DNA of 64,000 nt from Tagaea sp. GTDB lineage: Bacteria; Pseudomonadota; Alphaproteobacteria; CACIAM-22H2. The translations under genes were made by a program, and so were the position numbers. Positions 1 through 13,120 of the stretch are shown here, piece after piece. The stretch spans positions 1,440,001 to 1,504,000 of the forward strand of contig CBDIIB010000005.1 of the NCBI GenBank assembly GCA_965279525.1, written 5' to 3'. Within the stretch, counting starts at the first letter, position 1; the number at the start of each line of letters is the position of its first letter. The notes beneath the pieces are model-generated. The model searched no databases. It saw only the letters and a list, made by a program, of their open reading frames with translations, and was not told where the DNA came from.

Positions 1-1
1 C

Positions 2-181
2 GACGAGCAGATCGTGCACGGGCTGACGCGCGCCCTCTGGCATCCGAACAACCGGCGCACGCTCGACGCCAATGCCGGGATCGGCCGGTTCCTGCGCCCT
101 GAATCGGCGATCGACGGACTGGGCTTCCAGCTCCATCCCGGTGCGGCACTTTATTATACGGAAAGCGGCCTGCTGCGCTGA
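2..181 (+). CDS. C-terminal fragment of a TAXI-family TRAP transporter solute-binding protein (5' end outside window)
   Basis: Frame 2 reads DEQIVHGLTRALWHPNNRRTLD...GLGFQLHPGAALYYTESGLLR*. The LHPGAxxYY ending is typical of TAXI receptors. Confidence 0.75.
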   Translation, partial: DEQIVHGLTRALWHPNNRRTLDANAGIGRFLRPESAIDGLGFQLHPGAALYYTESGLLR

Positions 182-194
182 AGGCGGCGGTGTC

Positions 195-920
195 TCAGTC
201 CTCGGCCGCAACGTGCCCTGCGCGCGCGCGCAGGGCTTCGAGCACCATGCGCCAGTGGCCGACGCCCGGCCGGTCGCCACGCGTCTCGGCGATGTCGAGC
301 TGCTGGCCCGCATAAGGCCGCGCCTTGGCGCCGAGGCGATCGGCGATCAGGCTGGCGGCCCGCGCGGCCGCCAGCCAACGCGCATCGCAGCCGAACGTGT
401 CGAATGCCGGGTCCGGTTCCCGGATGGGTGCGCCCCGCCGGTGCAGCTGCACGACCAGATACTCGAAAGGCACAGGCAGACCCGCCTCGGCCGTTCCCGG
501 CAGCAGCAGGCCCGGGCGATCCGCCAGATGCGCCACGAGCGCCTGTCCGGTCCCGCGCGACTCCGCGACGATCTCCAGCCGGTCGATCTGCGACCATGCC
601 AGGGGCGGCAGATCGGCGGCCGCGTCGTGGATGCCATGGCGGTCGAACGCGACATAGGCGGTCAACCCGCGCGTCGTACACCAGACCAGCCCGCCCGCCG
701 ACCCCAGGACGAGCGAGGCCAGCAGCATCGGCGTCAGGTTCGCATCGACAGCGACCGACAGTCCGGCAGCCAGAAGTCCGGCGAGCGAAGCAAGGCCGAC
801 CGCCAGGCGGGTCGTGCGGCGTAGCGGTCGCACGCGGATGCGCATTCCATCCTCGGGAAGGTCCAGTTCGAGGGCGGACTGTTCGCGGCCGGTTGCCGGT
901 GCTTGCGGCGGGGAAATCAT
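195..920 (-). CDS. Hypothetical membrane protein (two N-terminal TM segments)
   Basis: ATG at 920 overlaps the GST stop (ATGA). Hydrophobic stretches LAVGLASLAGLLAAGLSV and MLLASLVLGSAGGLVW. Confidence 0.65.
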   Translation of the reverse strand: MISPPQAPATGREQSALELDLPEDGMRIRVRPLRRTTRLAVGLASLAGLLAAGLSVAVDANLTPMLLASLVLGSAGGLVWCTTRGLTAYVAFDRHGIHDAAADLPPLAWSQIDRLEIVAESRGTGQALVAHLADRPGLLLPGTAEAGLPVPFEYLVVQLHRRGAPIREPDPAFDTFGCDARWLAAARAASLIADRLGAKARPYAGQQLDIAETRGDRPGVGHWRMVLEALRARAGHVAAED

Positions 921-1585
921 CGAGCCCGATCCGGATCCTCGTATTTCGCGATCGTCCATGGTTCGGCTTCGGCGGCCTTGACCCATTCGATCATGAAGGG
1001 ATGGGTCCAGACGGCCTCGACATAGGCCTTCGTCGCCGGTGCGATTTCCGGCTCCCACGTCCGCAGGCGCGCCACGACCGGGGCATACATCGCATCGGCA
1101 AAGCCGAACCTTGCCCCGAAAAGGAATGGCCCGCCGGCGCCGTAGCGCTTGCGTGTATCGCCCCACAGCGCTTCGAGACGCGCGATGTCGGCAAGGGCAT
1201 CCGGCGTGCCGCCCTTGCCGGGGAAACGGCGCCGCACATTCATCCACATCGCCTTGCGAAGCTCGCCGAAGCCGGCGTGCATTTCTGCGGAGATCGAGCG
1301 TGCGTACGCCCGCGCCGCGGCATCCGCTGGCCAGAAAGCAGCGGGGGAGAGTTCTGCCAGATGCTCGCCGATCGCCAGCGACTCCCACAGGGGTGCGCCA
1401 TCCACCGTCACATAGGGAACCTTGCCCGTCGGGCTGCGCGCGGCGATCCATGCCTTCCAGTCTGGCGTGTCCATCGGATGGACTTCCTCGCGGAACGGCA
1501 GGCCGGTGAGCTTGCAGGCGAGCCAGCCGCGCAAGGACCACGACGAATAGGCCTTGTTGCCGAGATAGATCACGATGTCGGGCAT
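917..1585 (-). CDS. Glutathione S-transferase family protein
   Basis: N-terminal IGNKxYSSWSLR-type motif (LGNKAYSSWSLRGW), SPTGKVP, ESLAIGEHL and FGFADAMYAPV. Confidence 0.93.
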   Translation of the reverse strand: MPDIVIYLGNKAYSSWSLRGWLACKLTGLPFREEVHPMDTPDWKAWIAARSPTGKVPYVTVDGAPLWESLAIGEHLAELSPAAFWPADAAARAYARSISAEMHAGFGELRKAMWMNVRRRFPGKGGTPDALADIARLEALWGDTRKRYGAGGPFLFGARFGFADAMYAPVVARLRTWEPEIAPATKAYVEAVWTHPFMIEWVKAAEAEPWTIAKYEDPDRAR

Positions 1586-1689
1586 GGCCCGGAGCCTCCA
1601 CAAATCTTACGCGAAGGCGCAGCTTTCCAGTCTTGCCCGATTGGGGCAAGCTCGATCCGCATTCTCCCGCGCAAAGGATCCGTGCCGAC

Positions 1690-3102
<1,413 letters not shown>

Positions 3103-3119
3103 CGGTGCTTGCCCGGCGT

Positions 3120-3554
3120 TCAGAGCCGGGCGAGATCCTCGATCGCGTCCAGCACCATGCCTGTCCCGGCGGCGATGAGCAGGACGTCGAGGCCGACACG
3201 GACCAGCTTCGCGCCGATCGGCACGTCGAGCCGGGAGCGCAGGTCGGACGGCAGATCGAAAAAGACGACGTCGCCGGGCAGACGTTGCCCCTTGGCCCAT
3301 TTCTTCGCCTGCCCGGGCGGCTGGCAGCCGTTGTTCTTCTTGGCAAGACCGGGCGGGCACCGGCCGCTCTTCAGCACCGAGCCGAAATATTCGCGTATCA
3401 GCGCCTGGTCGGACGCGCCGATGGTGATGCTGACCGACGTGCCTTGGGTACCTGCCCGCCCGGCATTTCCCTTGCCGCGGCCGGGCTGGTCGGCGAAGGC
3501 CGACCCGGCAACAAGCAGCGCAAGCGCAAGCATCGCGGCGAATGACTTCGGCAT
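3120..3554 (-). CDS. Exported RcnB-like small protein (CPPGLAKK family)
   Basis: Signal peptide ending in AFA, followed by the CPPGLAKKNNGCQPPGQAKKW motif. Confidence 0.75.
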   Translation of the reverse strand: MPKSFAAMLALALLVAGSAFADQPGRGKGNAGRAGTQGTSVSITIGASDQALIREYFGSVLKSGRCPPGLAKKNNGCQPPGQAKKWAKGQRLPGDVVFFDLPSDLRSRLDVPIGAKLVRVGLDVLLIAAGTGMVLDAIEDLARL

Positions 3555-3700
3555 GGTGTCTCCTCGCTCCTCGGAGCGTCAACTGGCCGGAATAGAACGT
3601 ATCTGCCGCGACTTTGTTCCGGCGGGAACGGTCGCGGCATCGATGCCGGGAATTTGCGTTCGCCTGGGATCAGGCGGGCGTCTGCGTGCCGGTCCGCGCC

Positions 3701-4690
3701 TCAGCGCGTCAGGCTCCACTCCGAATCCTGCGGGAAGTGGCGGGCGATGAAACGGTAGGTAATGCGCACGAGCTTGTCCATGCGGCCGTCGCGCTCGAGC
3801 GCCACGCCTTCCCATGCGACGAGGATCTCGTCCCACAGCATGAAGCGCTGGTGCAGCTCGTCGCGCTTCGAGCGGATGTAGTTGATCGTCTCGCGCAGGC
3901 GCTTCAGCGCGTTGAAGACTTCGCCCGTGTTGGCGTCGATCTGCAGGAAGATGCCGGAAATGTCCTCGACCGGCTTCTTCATCAGGATGCGGATGCGGCC
4001 GACTTCGTCCTGCACGCCGCGCTCGCGCTTGTAGGCCGCGAACAGCACGTTGAAGCCGCCATAGATCTTCTGGATCTTCTGGAAGCGCTCGCGCAGGGCC
4101 TCGATATAGGACGTCTCGCGCGCCAGCTGCTCGATCATCTCGACGATCTGGTTCTTGTTGGCGCGCCCGAGACCGAGCTTCTCGGCCAGAAGCTCGAAGG
4201 CTTCCTGGATCTTCTTCTTGGTTTCCGGGTTGTTGGCGAGCCCGTCCAGCTCGGTACCGTCGCCGACCTCGACCGGCTTGCCCGACATCCAGCTGATGAT
4301 CTGCATGGAGATGCGTGCGTTGGCGCGCGCGATATGGTGCGGTTCGACGCGCCACGAGGCCGTGCCGTCGAGGATCTCGGCCGGGATGCAGTCGCCGGGC
4401 AGGATGCGCTTGACGAACTTCATCGACTTCTCGGCGATGTCGAGAAGCTTGGCGTCCTCGCTGTCCTTGGGGATCTGGAACTGGATCTTGACCGCTTCGA
4501 TCGGCAGGGCGGCCATGATGTCGCCCAGCGGCACGTGCAGGCAGACCGAATCGCCATCCTTGCCGAATCCGAAATACGCCCCCTTCACCTGGAAGACCGC
4601 ATGGTCGAAGGAAAAGACCTTCGACTTGTCGGCTTTCTTGGGTGGAGGAAGTTCGCTTGGAACTTCCGCTTTTGCTTCGGCCTCAGACAT
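3701..4690 (-). CDS. Hypothetical protein, 329 aa, helical/coiled-coil C-terminal half
   Basis: Host-like codon usage and natural composition. No family recognised. Confidence 0.8.
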   Translation of the reverse strand: MSEAEAKAEVPSELPPPKKADKSKVFSFDHAVFQVKGAYFGFGKDGDSVCLHVPLGDIMAALPIEAVKIQFQIPKDSEDAKLLDIAEKSMKFVKRILPGDCIPAEILDGTASWRVEPHHIARANARISMQIISWMSGKPVEVGDGTELDGLANNPETKKKIQEAFELLAEKLGLGRANKNQIVEMIEQLARETSYIEALRERFQKIQKIYGGFNVLFAAYKRERGVQDEVGRIRILMKKPVEDISGIFLQIDANTGEVFNALKRLRETINYIRSKRDELHQRFMLWDEILVAWEGVALERDGRMDKLVRITYRFIARHFPQDSEWSLTR

Positions 4691-4771
4691 CAGGACTGAC
4701 GATTTTCTCCGCTATGACGAGGATATAGCCCCCTTTTTGCCTTGGTACAATGCCGCGCCGCCGGTGCCCGT

Positions 4772-5697
4772 TCAATAGCCGTTGGCCCGGTCGACGCGGT
4801 TGAGCAGCGGCTGCCCGGCAATAAAGCGGCGGATATTGTCGACGACCTGCGGGACGGCCGTGCGCGGATCGGTCAGGCTTGCAATATGCGGGGTCAGCGT
4901 GACCTGCGGATGGCTCCAGTAGGGGTGTCCGGCAGGGAGCGGCTCGGGCGACGTCACGTCGAGGGTGGCATGCGCCAAATGGCCGCTGTCGAGGGCCGAA
5001 AGCAGGTCGCCGTCCACGACATGGCCGCCGCGGGCGATGTTGACGACATACGCACCCTTCGGCAGTGCGGCAAAGGCGCGGGCGTCGAGGACACCCCTTG
5101 TGGCGTCGGTCAGCGGCAGCACGCAGATCAGGATGTCGGTGCGCGCCAGGAAAGGCTGCCAGCCCATGGCGCCCGCGAAAGACGCGATCCCCGGGATTGT
5201 ATGTCCGCCGCGCGACCAGCCGGCGACATCGAATCCGAGGCCGGCGATCGCCCGGGCAATGGCCCCGCCGATCTCGCCGACCCCGGCGATGCCGACGCGC
5301 CGGTTGGCGGTCGACGGCGCCTGCATCGGGTGCCAGTCGCCGGCACGCTGGAAGGCGTCGTACTCGACCATCTGCCGGTGGTAGCGCAGCGTGGCCCACA
5401 GCGCGTACTCGACCATGCCGGTCGTCAGCGAGGGATCGACGAGCCGCACGAAAGGCAGATGCGTCGGGAACTCCGGATCGCCGAGCAGGTGGTCGATGCC
5501 GGCGCCGAGCGACGAGACGAGCTTCAGGTTCGGAAACTGGCGAAGCGTCCCCGGCGGGTACTTCCATACGGCCGCGAACTCGATCGATGCGGGATCGCCC
5601 ACATCGGGGAATGCGACGAATTCGATGTCGGGTGCCAGTTCGGCGAAGGCGGCCCGCCAGGGTTCGACGCGGTCGGTCGAGGAAATGAACAGCAGCT

Positions 5698-5701
<4 letters not shown>
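4772..5701 (-). CDS. ghrA: Glyoxylate/hydroxypyruvate reductase A (D-2-hydroxyacid dehydrogenase)
   Basis: GTG start overlaps the yejF stop. Motifs SLGAGIDH, GVGEIG, NIARG, LDV and TPHIAS. Confidence 0.88.
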
Positions 5702-7334
<1,633 letters not shown>

Positions 7335-7338
<4 letters not shown>

Positions 7339-8375
7339 TTGTCGAGGTCGATCCGGAAGGTCTTGCGGGGGTCGAAGGCGTCGCGCACCGCCTCGCCGAC
7401 GAATACCAGCAGCGACAGCATGATGGCGAGCGTGAAGAAGGCGGTAAGACCGAGCCACGGCGCGCTCAGGTTGGATTTACCCTGCGCCAGCAGTTCGCCG
7501 AGCGAGGCCGAGCCGACCGGCAGGCCGAAGCCGAGGAAGTCGAGCGAGGTCAGCGCCACCACCGAACCCGACAAGATGAAGGGCATGAAGGTCAGCGTGG
7601 CGACCATCGCGTTGGGCAGGACATGGCGGAACATGATGAGCGCGTCGGAAGCACCCAACGCCCGCGCCGCGCGCACATAGTCGAAGTTGCGCGCGCGCAG
7701 GAACTCCGCGCGCACGACGCCGACCAGCCCCATCCAGCCGAACAGCAGCAGCAGGCCGAGCAGCCAGCCGAAGGTCGGCTCGACGAACGCGGCGAGAATG
7801 ATCAGCATGTAGAGCTGCGGCAGCCCGTCCCAGATCTCGATGAAGCGCTGGAAGGCGAGATCGACCCACCCGCCGTAATAGCCCTGGATGGCGCCGGCGA
7901 TGACGCCGACGATCGAGGAAAGGATCGTCAGCGTCAGGCCGAAAAGCACCGAGATGCGGAAACCGTAGATCAGGCGCGCGACGACGTCGCGCCCCTGGTC
8001 GTCGGTTCCCAGCCAGTTTTCGGCCGATGGCGGGGCCGGGGCGGGGACCGGCAGGTCGAGATTGACGGTGCGGTAGGAGAAACGCACCGGCGGCCACAGG
8101 ATCCAGCCTTTCGCATCGATCAGTGCGGCGACTTCCGGGTCGCGGTAGTCGGCCGCCGTCTCGAATTCGCCGCCGAAAGCCGTCTCCGGATAGGCTTTCG
8201 CGAACGGGAAATAGAAGGCGCCGTCGTAGCGCACGAGAACGGGCCGGTCGTTGGCGATCAGCTCGCCGGCCAGCGACAGCCCGAACAGCGCCAGGAAGAT
8301 CCACAGCGACCACCAGCCGCGCCGGTTGGCGCGGAAATTCGCGAACCGCCGGCGGTTGAGCTCGTCGAGCTTCAT
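7335..8375 (-). CDS. yejE: Peptide ABC transporter permease (YejE-like)
   Basis: [34 protein letters not shown] and EAA loop [13 protein letters not shown] coupling on both sides. Confidence 0.92.
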
Positions 8376-9460
8376 TGGCGCCGCTCGAAATCGATGCGCG
8401 GATCGACGAACGTGTAGGCGACGTCCGACACGATCTTCATGACGAGGCCGAGCAGCGTGAAGAAATAGAGCGTGGCGAACATCAGCGGGTAGTCGCGGTT
8501 GATCGCCGCCTCGAAGCCGAGCAGGCCCAGCCCGTCGAGCGAGAAGATGATCTCGATCAGCAGGGAGCCCGTGAAGAAGATCGATACGAGGGCGGCCGGG
8601 AAGCCGGCGATGACGATCAGCATCGCGTTGCGGAAGACGTGCCCGTAGAGCACGCGCCGCTCGGGCAGGCCCTTGGCGCGCGCGGTGATGACGTACTGCT
8701 TGCCGATCTCGTCGAGAAACGAGTTCTTGGTGAGCATGGTGAGGCTGGCGAAACCGCCGATGGTCATCGCCAGCACCGGCAGGACCATGTGCCACGCATA
8801 GTCCAGCGCCTGGCGCCACCAGGGCATGTCCGCGAACCCTTCCGAAACGAGCCCGCGCAGCGGGAAGATGTCGAAGAACCGTCCGCCCGCGAACAGCACG
8901 ATCAGCAGCACCGCGAACAGGAAGCTCGGGATCGCGTAGCCCACGATGATGGCGCCGGACGTCCACACGTCGAAGCGCGTGCCGTCGCGCACGGCCTTGC
9001 GGATGCCCAGCGGGATCGACACGAGATAGACGATCAGCGTCGTCCACAGGCCCAGCGACAGCGAGACCGGCATCTTCTCGAGAACGAGGTCGACGATCGG
9101 CCGGTCCTTGAAGAACGAGCGGCCGAAATCGAATGTCGCGTACTTGCCGAGCATGGTGAGGAAACGCTCGACCGGCGGCCTGTCGAAGCCGAACTCGCGC
9201 TCGAGCTCCTTGATGAGCGCCGGGTCGATGCCGCGCGCCCCCCGGTAGCCCTGCTCGCCGGCGCGGGTCTCGCGCACCTGCACTTCCGAGCCGCCGCCGG
9301 AAACGCGCAAGGTCGGATCGGTCGACACGCCGCGCAGCTCGGCCAGCACCACGTCGATCGGGCCGCCCGGTGCGGCCTGGATGATCGCGAAATTGACGAC
9401 CATGATGCCCAGCAGCGTGGGCACGATCAGCAGCAGGCGTCGGAAGAGGTAGCCGATCAT
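8372..9460 (-). CDS. yejB: Peptide ABC transporter permease (YejB-like)
   Basis: [18 protein letters not shown] and [22 protein letters not shown]. Confidence 0.93.
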   Translation of the reverse strand: MIGYLFRRLLLIVPTLLGIMVVNFAIIQAAPGGPIDVVLAELRGVSTDPTLRVSGGGSEVQVRETRAGEQGYRGARGIDPALIKELEREFGFDRPPVERFLTMLGKYATFDFGRSFFKDRPIVDLVLEKMPVSLSLGLWTTLIVYLVSIPLGIRKAVRDGTRFDVWTSGAIIVGYAIPSFLFAVLLIVLFAGGRFFDIFPLRGLVSEGFADMPWWRQALDYAWHMVLPVLAMTIGGFASLTMLTKNSFLDEIGKQYVITARAKGLPERRVLYGHVFRNAMLIVIAGFPAALVSIFFTGSLLIEIIFSLDGLGLLGFEAAINRDYPLMFATLYFFTLLGLVMKIVSDVAYTFVDPRIDFERRQ

Positions 9461-9469
9461 GCGTCTGCG

Positions 9470-11311
9470 TTACCGGCCGCGGCGCGCGCGAAGGGCGGCA
9501 TCCTTGGCCGGGTCGACCCACCAGGCCGTCCAGTCGTAACCGTTCTTGCTGGCCGTGGCAGGCCAGCCGAACCGGTCCCAGGCGGCCACGCGGTCGACGG
9601 CCATGTACCAGTTCGGGATCACCCAATGGCCCCACTGCAGCGTGCGGTCGAGTGCGCGCGTGCGCTGGACAAGGCTCTCGCGGTCGGGAGCCGCGATCAG
9701 CAGCTCGACGAGCTCGTCGACGACGGGATCCTTGATGCCGACCGAGTTGCGCGAACCTTTCTGGTCGGCGCGGTCGGAACTCCAGAACTCGCGCTGCTCG
9801 TTGCCCGGCGACTCCGACTGGCCCCAGCCGCCGACGATCATGTCGTAGTCGAAATCGTCGGTCCGGCTCTGGTACTGCGCGACGTCGATGCTGCGGATGC
9901 GCGCGTCGATGCCCAAGCGCTTGAGGTTCGCCACGAACGGGCCCAGCACGCGCTCGAAGGCGCTCTGGTTCTGGTAGATCAGGATCTCGAAGCCCATCTG
10001 CCGTCCGCTTGCGTCGACCAGCTTCTGGTCGGCGATCCGCCAGCCGGCTTCGCGCAGCAGGCGCGTGGCTTCGCGGATGCCGTCGCGGATGTTGCCGGTC
10101 CCGTCCGTCTTCGGCGGCTGGTATTCGGTCGTGAAGATCTCCGGCGGCAGCTTGTCCTTGAAGCGCTCGAGGATCGCCTTTTCCTCGCCCTGCGGCAGCC
10201 CGCGCGCGGCAAGGTCGGAGTTGTCGAAATAGCTGCGCGTGCGCGTGTAGGAGTCGAAGAACAGGTTCTTGTTCGACCACTCGAAGTCGAACGCGTACCC
10301 CAGTGCCTGGCGCACGCGCCGGTCGTCGAAGGGCTTGCGCCGCGCGTTCATGACCAGCGCCTGCATGCCGGCCACGCGCTTTTCCGGGATCTCGATCTTG
10401 CGGAACAGCCCGTCGCGGAAGGCCGGCGTGTCATAGCCCTGCGCCCAGATGCGCGCGGTATTCTCCGCGCGCAGGTCGTAGTTGCCGGCAAGGAAGGCTT
10501 CCTGCGCGATGGTCGGATCGCGGAACCATTCGTAGCGCAGCACGTCGAAATTATACCGGCCGCGGTTCGTCGCGAGATCGCGCGCCCAGTGATCTGCCAC
10601 GCGGCGCAGGGCCACGGTGCGGCCCAGCTCGAAGCTCTCGATGCGGTAGGGGCCCGAGCCCAGCGGCGGCTCGGTCAGCGGCCGGTCGAACTCCTTGCCC
10701 TCCCACCATTTGCGCGACAGCACGGGAACCTGGCCGACGATCAGCGCCAGCTCGCGGTTCACGCCGCTGCCGAAGACGAAGCGCACCTTGCGCGGCCCCG
10801 TCTTCTCCACCTTCGCGACGTCGGCGTAGTAGGCGCGGTAGAACGGCCGGCCCTTGGACTTCAGCGTCTCGAATGTCCAGATGACGTCTTCGGGCTCGAT
10901 GGCCGATCCGTCGTGGAACCGCGCGCCGGGGCGAAGGGCAAACTCGACCCACGAGCGGTCGGCCGGTGTCTCGACCGTTTCGCAGATCAGGCAGTACATC
11001 GTGAAGGGCTCGTCGTCGGAGCCGACCATCAGCGTCTCGATCGTGAGGCCGACAACGCCCGAGGCCACGCCGCGGATGATCCACGGATTGAAGCTGTCGA
11101 AGGTGCCCACCGCGTGCTGGCGCACGTCGCCGCCCTTGGGGGCATCTGGATTGACGTGGTCGAAATTCCGGAAGCCGGCGGGATACTTGATGTCGCCGTG
11201 CATGGCGATCGCGTGCTTGGGGCCGGTGCCCGGCGCAAGGGTCTGGGCGCCCGCCGGCAGGGCGAACGACAGGGTCAGGGCGGCGGCAAGCAGGGGCAGG
11301 CGGACGGTCAA
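9470..11311 (-). CDS. yejA: Peptide ABC transporter substrate-binding protein (YejA-like, SBP family 5)
   Basis: Probable TTG start after GAGGGAG RBS. Signal peptide, HAIAMHG, NPDAPKGG, FDSFNP and PLGSGPY. Confidence 0.9.
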   Translation of the reverse strand: MTVRLPLLAAALTLSFALPAGAQTLAPGTGPKHAIAMHGDIKYPAGFRNFDHVNPDAPKGGDVRQHAVGTFDSFNPWIIRGVASGVVGLTIETLMVGSDDEPFTMYCLICETVETPADRSWVEFALRPGARFHDGSAIEPEDVIWTFETLKSKGRPFYRAYYADVAKVEKTGPRKVRFVFGSGVNRELALIVGQVPVLSRKWWEGKEFDRPLTEPPLGSGPYRIESFELGRTVALRRVADHWARDLATNRGRYNFDVLRYEWFRDPTIAQEAFLAGNYDLRAENTARIWAQGYDTPAFRDGLFRKIEIPEKRVAGMQALVMNARRKPFDDRRVRQALGYAFDFEWSNKNLFFDSYTRTRSYFDNSDLAARGLPQGEEKAILERFKDKLPPEIFTTEYQPPKTDGTGNIRDGIREATRLLREAGWRIADQKLVDASGRQMGFEILIYQNQSAFERVLGPFVANLKRLGIDARIRSIDVAQYQSRTDDFDYDMIVGGWGQSESPGNEQREFWSSDRADQKGSRNSVGIKDPVVDELVELLIAAPDRESLVQRTRALDRTLQWGHWVIPNWYMAVDRVAAWDRFGWPATASKNGYDWTAWWVDPAKDAALRARRGR

Positions 11312-11437
11312 GGCAAAGCTCCCTCGGGGCACGCAGGCGTTCCTTGTATCATGGCGCGAATGCACGGCAAAAAAAGGGCCGAATTGCATTCCCGGGGTAT
11401 GCCATGCGACTTTCCGGGGCGGAGGAACTGCCCGGAA

Positions 11438-12208
11438 ATGACCCAGAAAGCACATGCGAACTACCCGAGCCTTGCCGGCCGGACCGTCTTCGTCACCGGC
11501 GGGGGTGGCGGTATCGGGGCCGCGACCGTCACCGCCTTTGCAGCACAGGGCGCCAAGGTCGGGTTCTGCGACATCCAGCCCGGCCCTTCGAAGGCGCTGG
11601 TCGCCGAGATCGCCGCCCGCGGCCAGACCGCCCATTTCGAGGAATGCGACCTTCGCGACATCGAAGCCTTGCGTCGGGCCGTCGCGGCCGTGCGCGCGAA
11701 GTTCGGGCCCGTCACGATCCTCGTCAACAACGCGGCCCATGACGACCGGCACGATTTCCTCTCCGTCACGCCCGAATACTGGGACGACCGCATCGCGGTC
11801 AACCTGAAGCACGCCTATTTCGCCGCCCAGGCCGCAATCCCCGACATGCGCGCGGCGGGCGGCGGCGCCATCGTCAATTTCGGCTCGGTCTCGTGGATGT
11901 CCGGCTCTGCCGATCTCTCGGCCTACGCGACGGCCAAATCGGCCGCGCACGGGCTGACGCGCGTGCTGGCCCGCGAGTTCGGGCCCGACAACATCCGCGT
12001 CAACTGCGTGGTGCCGGGCTGGATCATGACCCAGCGCCAGGTCGAGAAGTGGCTGACGCCGGAAGGCGAGAAGCTGATCGAGGAGCGCCAGTGCCTGAAG
12101 CGCAAGCTGGTGCCCGACGACATCGCGCGCACGGTGCTGTTCCTGGCCTCCGACGAGGCGGGCGGGATCACCAACCAGTCGCTGATCGTCGATGGCGGCT
12201 GGGTCTAG
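11438..12208 (+). CDS. SDR oxidoreductase, D-xylose/sugar dehydrogenase-like
   Basis: GGAGG RBS. ANYPSLAGRTVFVTGGGGGIG, NNAAHDDRH, YxxxK (YATAK) and VPGWIMTQRQ. Confidence 0.88.
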   Translation: MTQKAHANYPSLAGRTVFVTGGGGGIGAATVTAFAAQGAKVGFCDIQPGPSKALVAEIAARGQTAHFEECDLRDIEALRRAVAAVRAKFGPVTILVNNAAHDDRHDFLSVTPEYWDDRIAVNLKHAYFAAQAAIPDMRAAGGGAIVNFGSVSWMSGSADLSAYATAKSAAHGLTRVLAREFGPDNIRVNCVVPGWIMTQRQVEKWLTPEGEKLIEERQCLKRKLVPDDIARTVLFLASDEAGGITNQSLIVDGGWV

Positions 12209-12991
12209 CTAGCCTGCCAGCAGACCCAGTGCCGCCGCGTGCGTGCGCCGGTCGCCGGCAGCGATCACGCGCCCGTCGCTCGAAAGATCGAGCCGCCGGC
12301 CGCGCCAGTCGGTCATGATGCCGCCCGCACCTTCGATGACGGGGGCGACCGCCGCATAGTCGTAGACCTGCAGGCTGGCCTCGATGTCGAGATCGGCGAA
12401 GCCTGACGCGACGAGGCCGTAGGCGTAGCAGTCGCCGCCGTACATCGGCAGCTTGACCTTCTCGCGCACGCGCTCGAAGGCCGGGAAGTGTTCCTTGAAC
12501 ATCAGCGGCGACGAGCAATAGAGCGTGGCGAGCTTCAGCTCCGCGCACGCGCGCACCTGCACGTCTTTCGTCGTGCCGTCGCGAAGGCGATGCGTCGTGC
12601 GCCGGCCCTTCACGCCCACCCAGCGCTCGCCGACCGCCGAGCAGTCGATCACGCCAAGTTCGGGTACGCCGTCGATGGCGAGTGCGACCAGCGTGCCGAA
12701 CATCGGCCGGCCGGAGATGAACGACTTGGTGCCGTCGATCGGGTCGAGCACCCACACGCGGCCCGACGAAGCGCGCTCGCGCCCGAACTCCTCGCCGATG
12801 ATGCCGTCTTCGGGGCGCTCGCGCGCGAGCATCTCGCGCATGGCCTGTTCGGCCCCGCGGTCGGCGATCGTCACGGGCGATTCGTCCGCCTTGTCGTCGA
12901 CGGCGACGGCCGTGCGGAAATACTGGAGTGCGATCTTGCCGGCCGCGTCGGCAAGCCGGCCGGCAAGTTCGACGTCTGCGTCGGTGACCAT
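12209..12991 (-). CDS. hisN: Histidinol-phosphatase (inositol monophosphatase family)
   Basis: SPVTIADR, GEE, WVLDPIDGTKSFISG and GGDCYAY. Confidence 0.88.
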   Translation of the reverse strand: MVTDADVELAGRLADAAGKIALQYFRTAVAVDDKADESPVTIADRGAEQAMREMLARERPEDGIIGEEFGRERASSGRVWVLDPIDGTKSFISGRPMFGTLVALAIDGVPELGVIDCSAVGERWVGVKGRRTTHRLRDGTTKDVQVRACAELKLATLYCSSPLMFKEHFPAFERVREKVKLPMYGGDCYAYGLVASGFADLDIEASLQVYDYAAVAPVIEGAGGIMTDWRGRRLDLSSDGRVIAAGDRRTHAAALGLLAG

Positions 12992-13120
12992 ACTAACTAG
13001 CTCGATGCTTACGGTGGTTTGTCATGATTAGCAGTGAACCTTCGAATGTATGCTTCATGCGCTTTCGCAAGCAATGCTTAGATTGTGCTTCCCGCAATAC
13101 TGAGTCATCGCGATCTAAAA

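Noticed and set aside
8375-12208. 1277-aa plus-strand ORF
   Set aside because: It is the antisense shadow of yejB/yejA running in frame into the real SDR gene, which starts at 11438.
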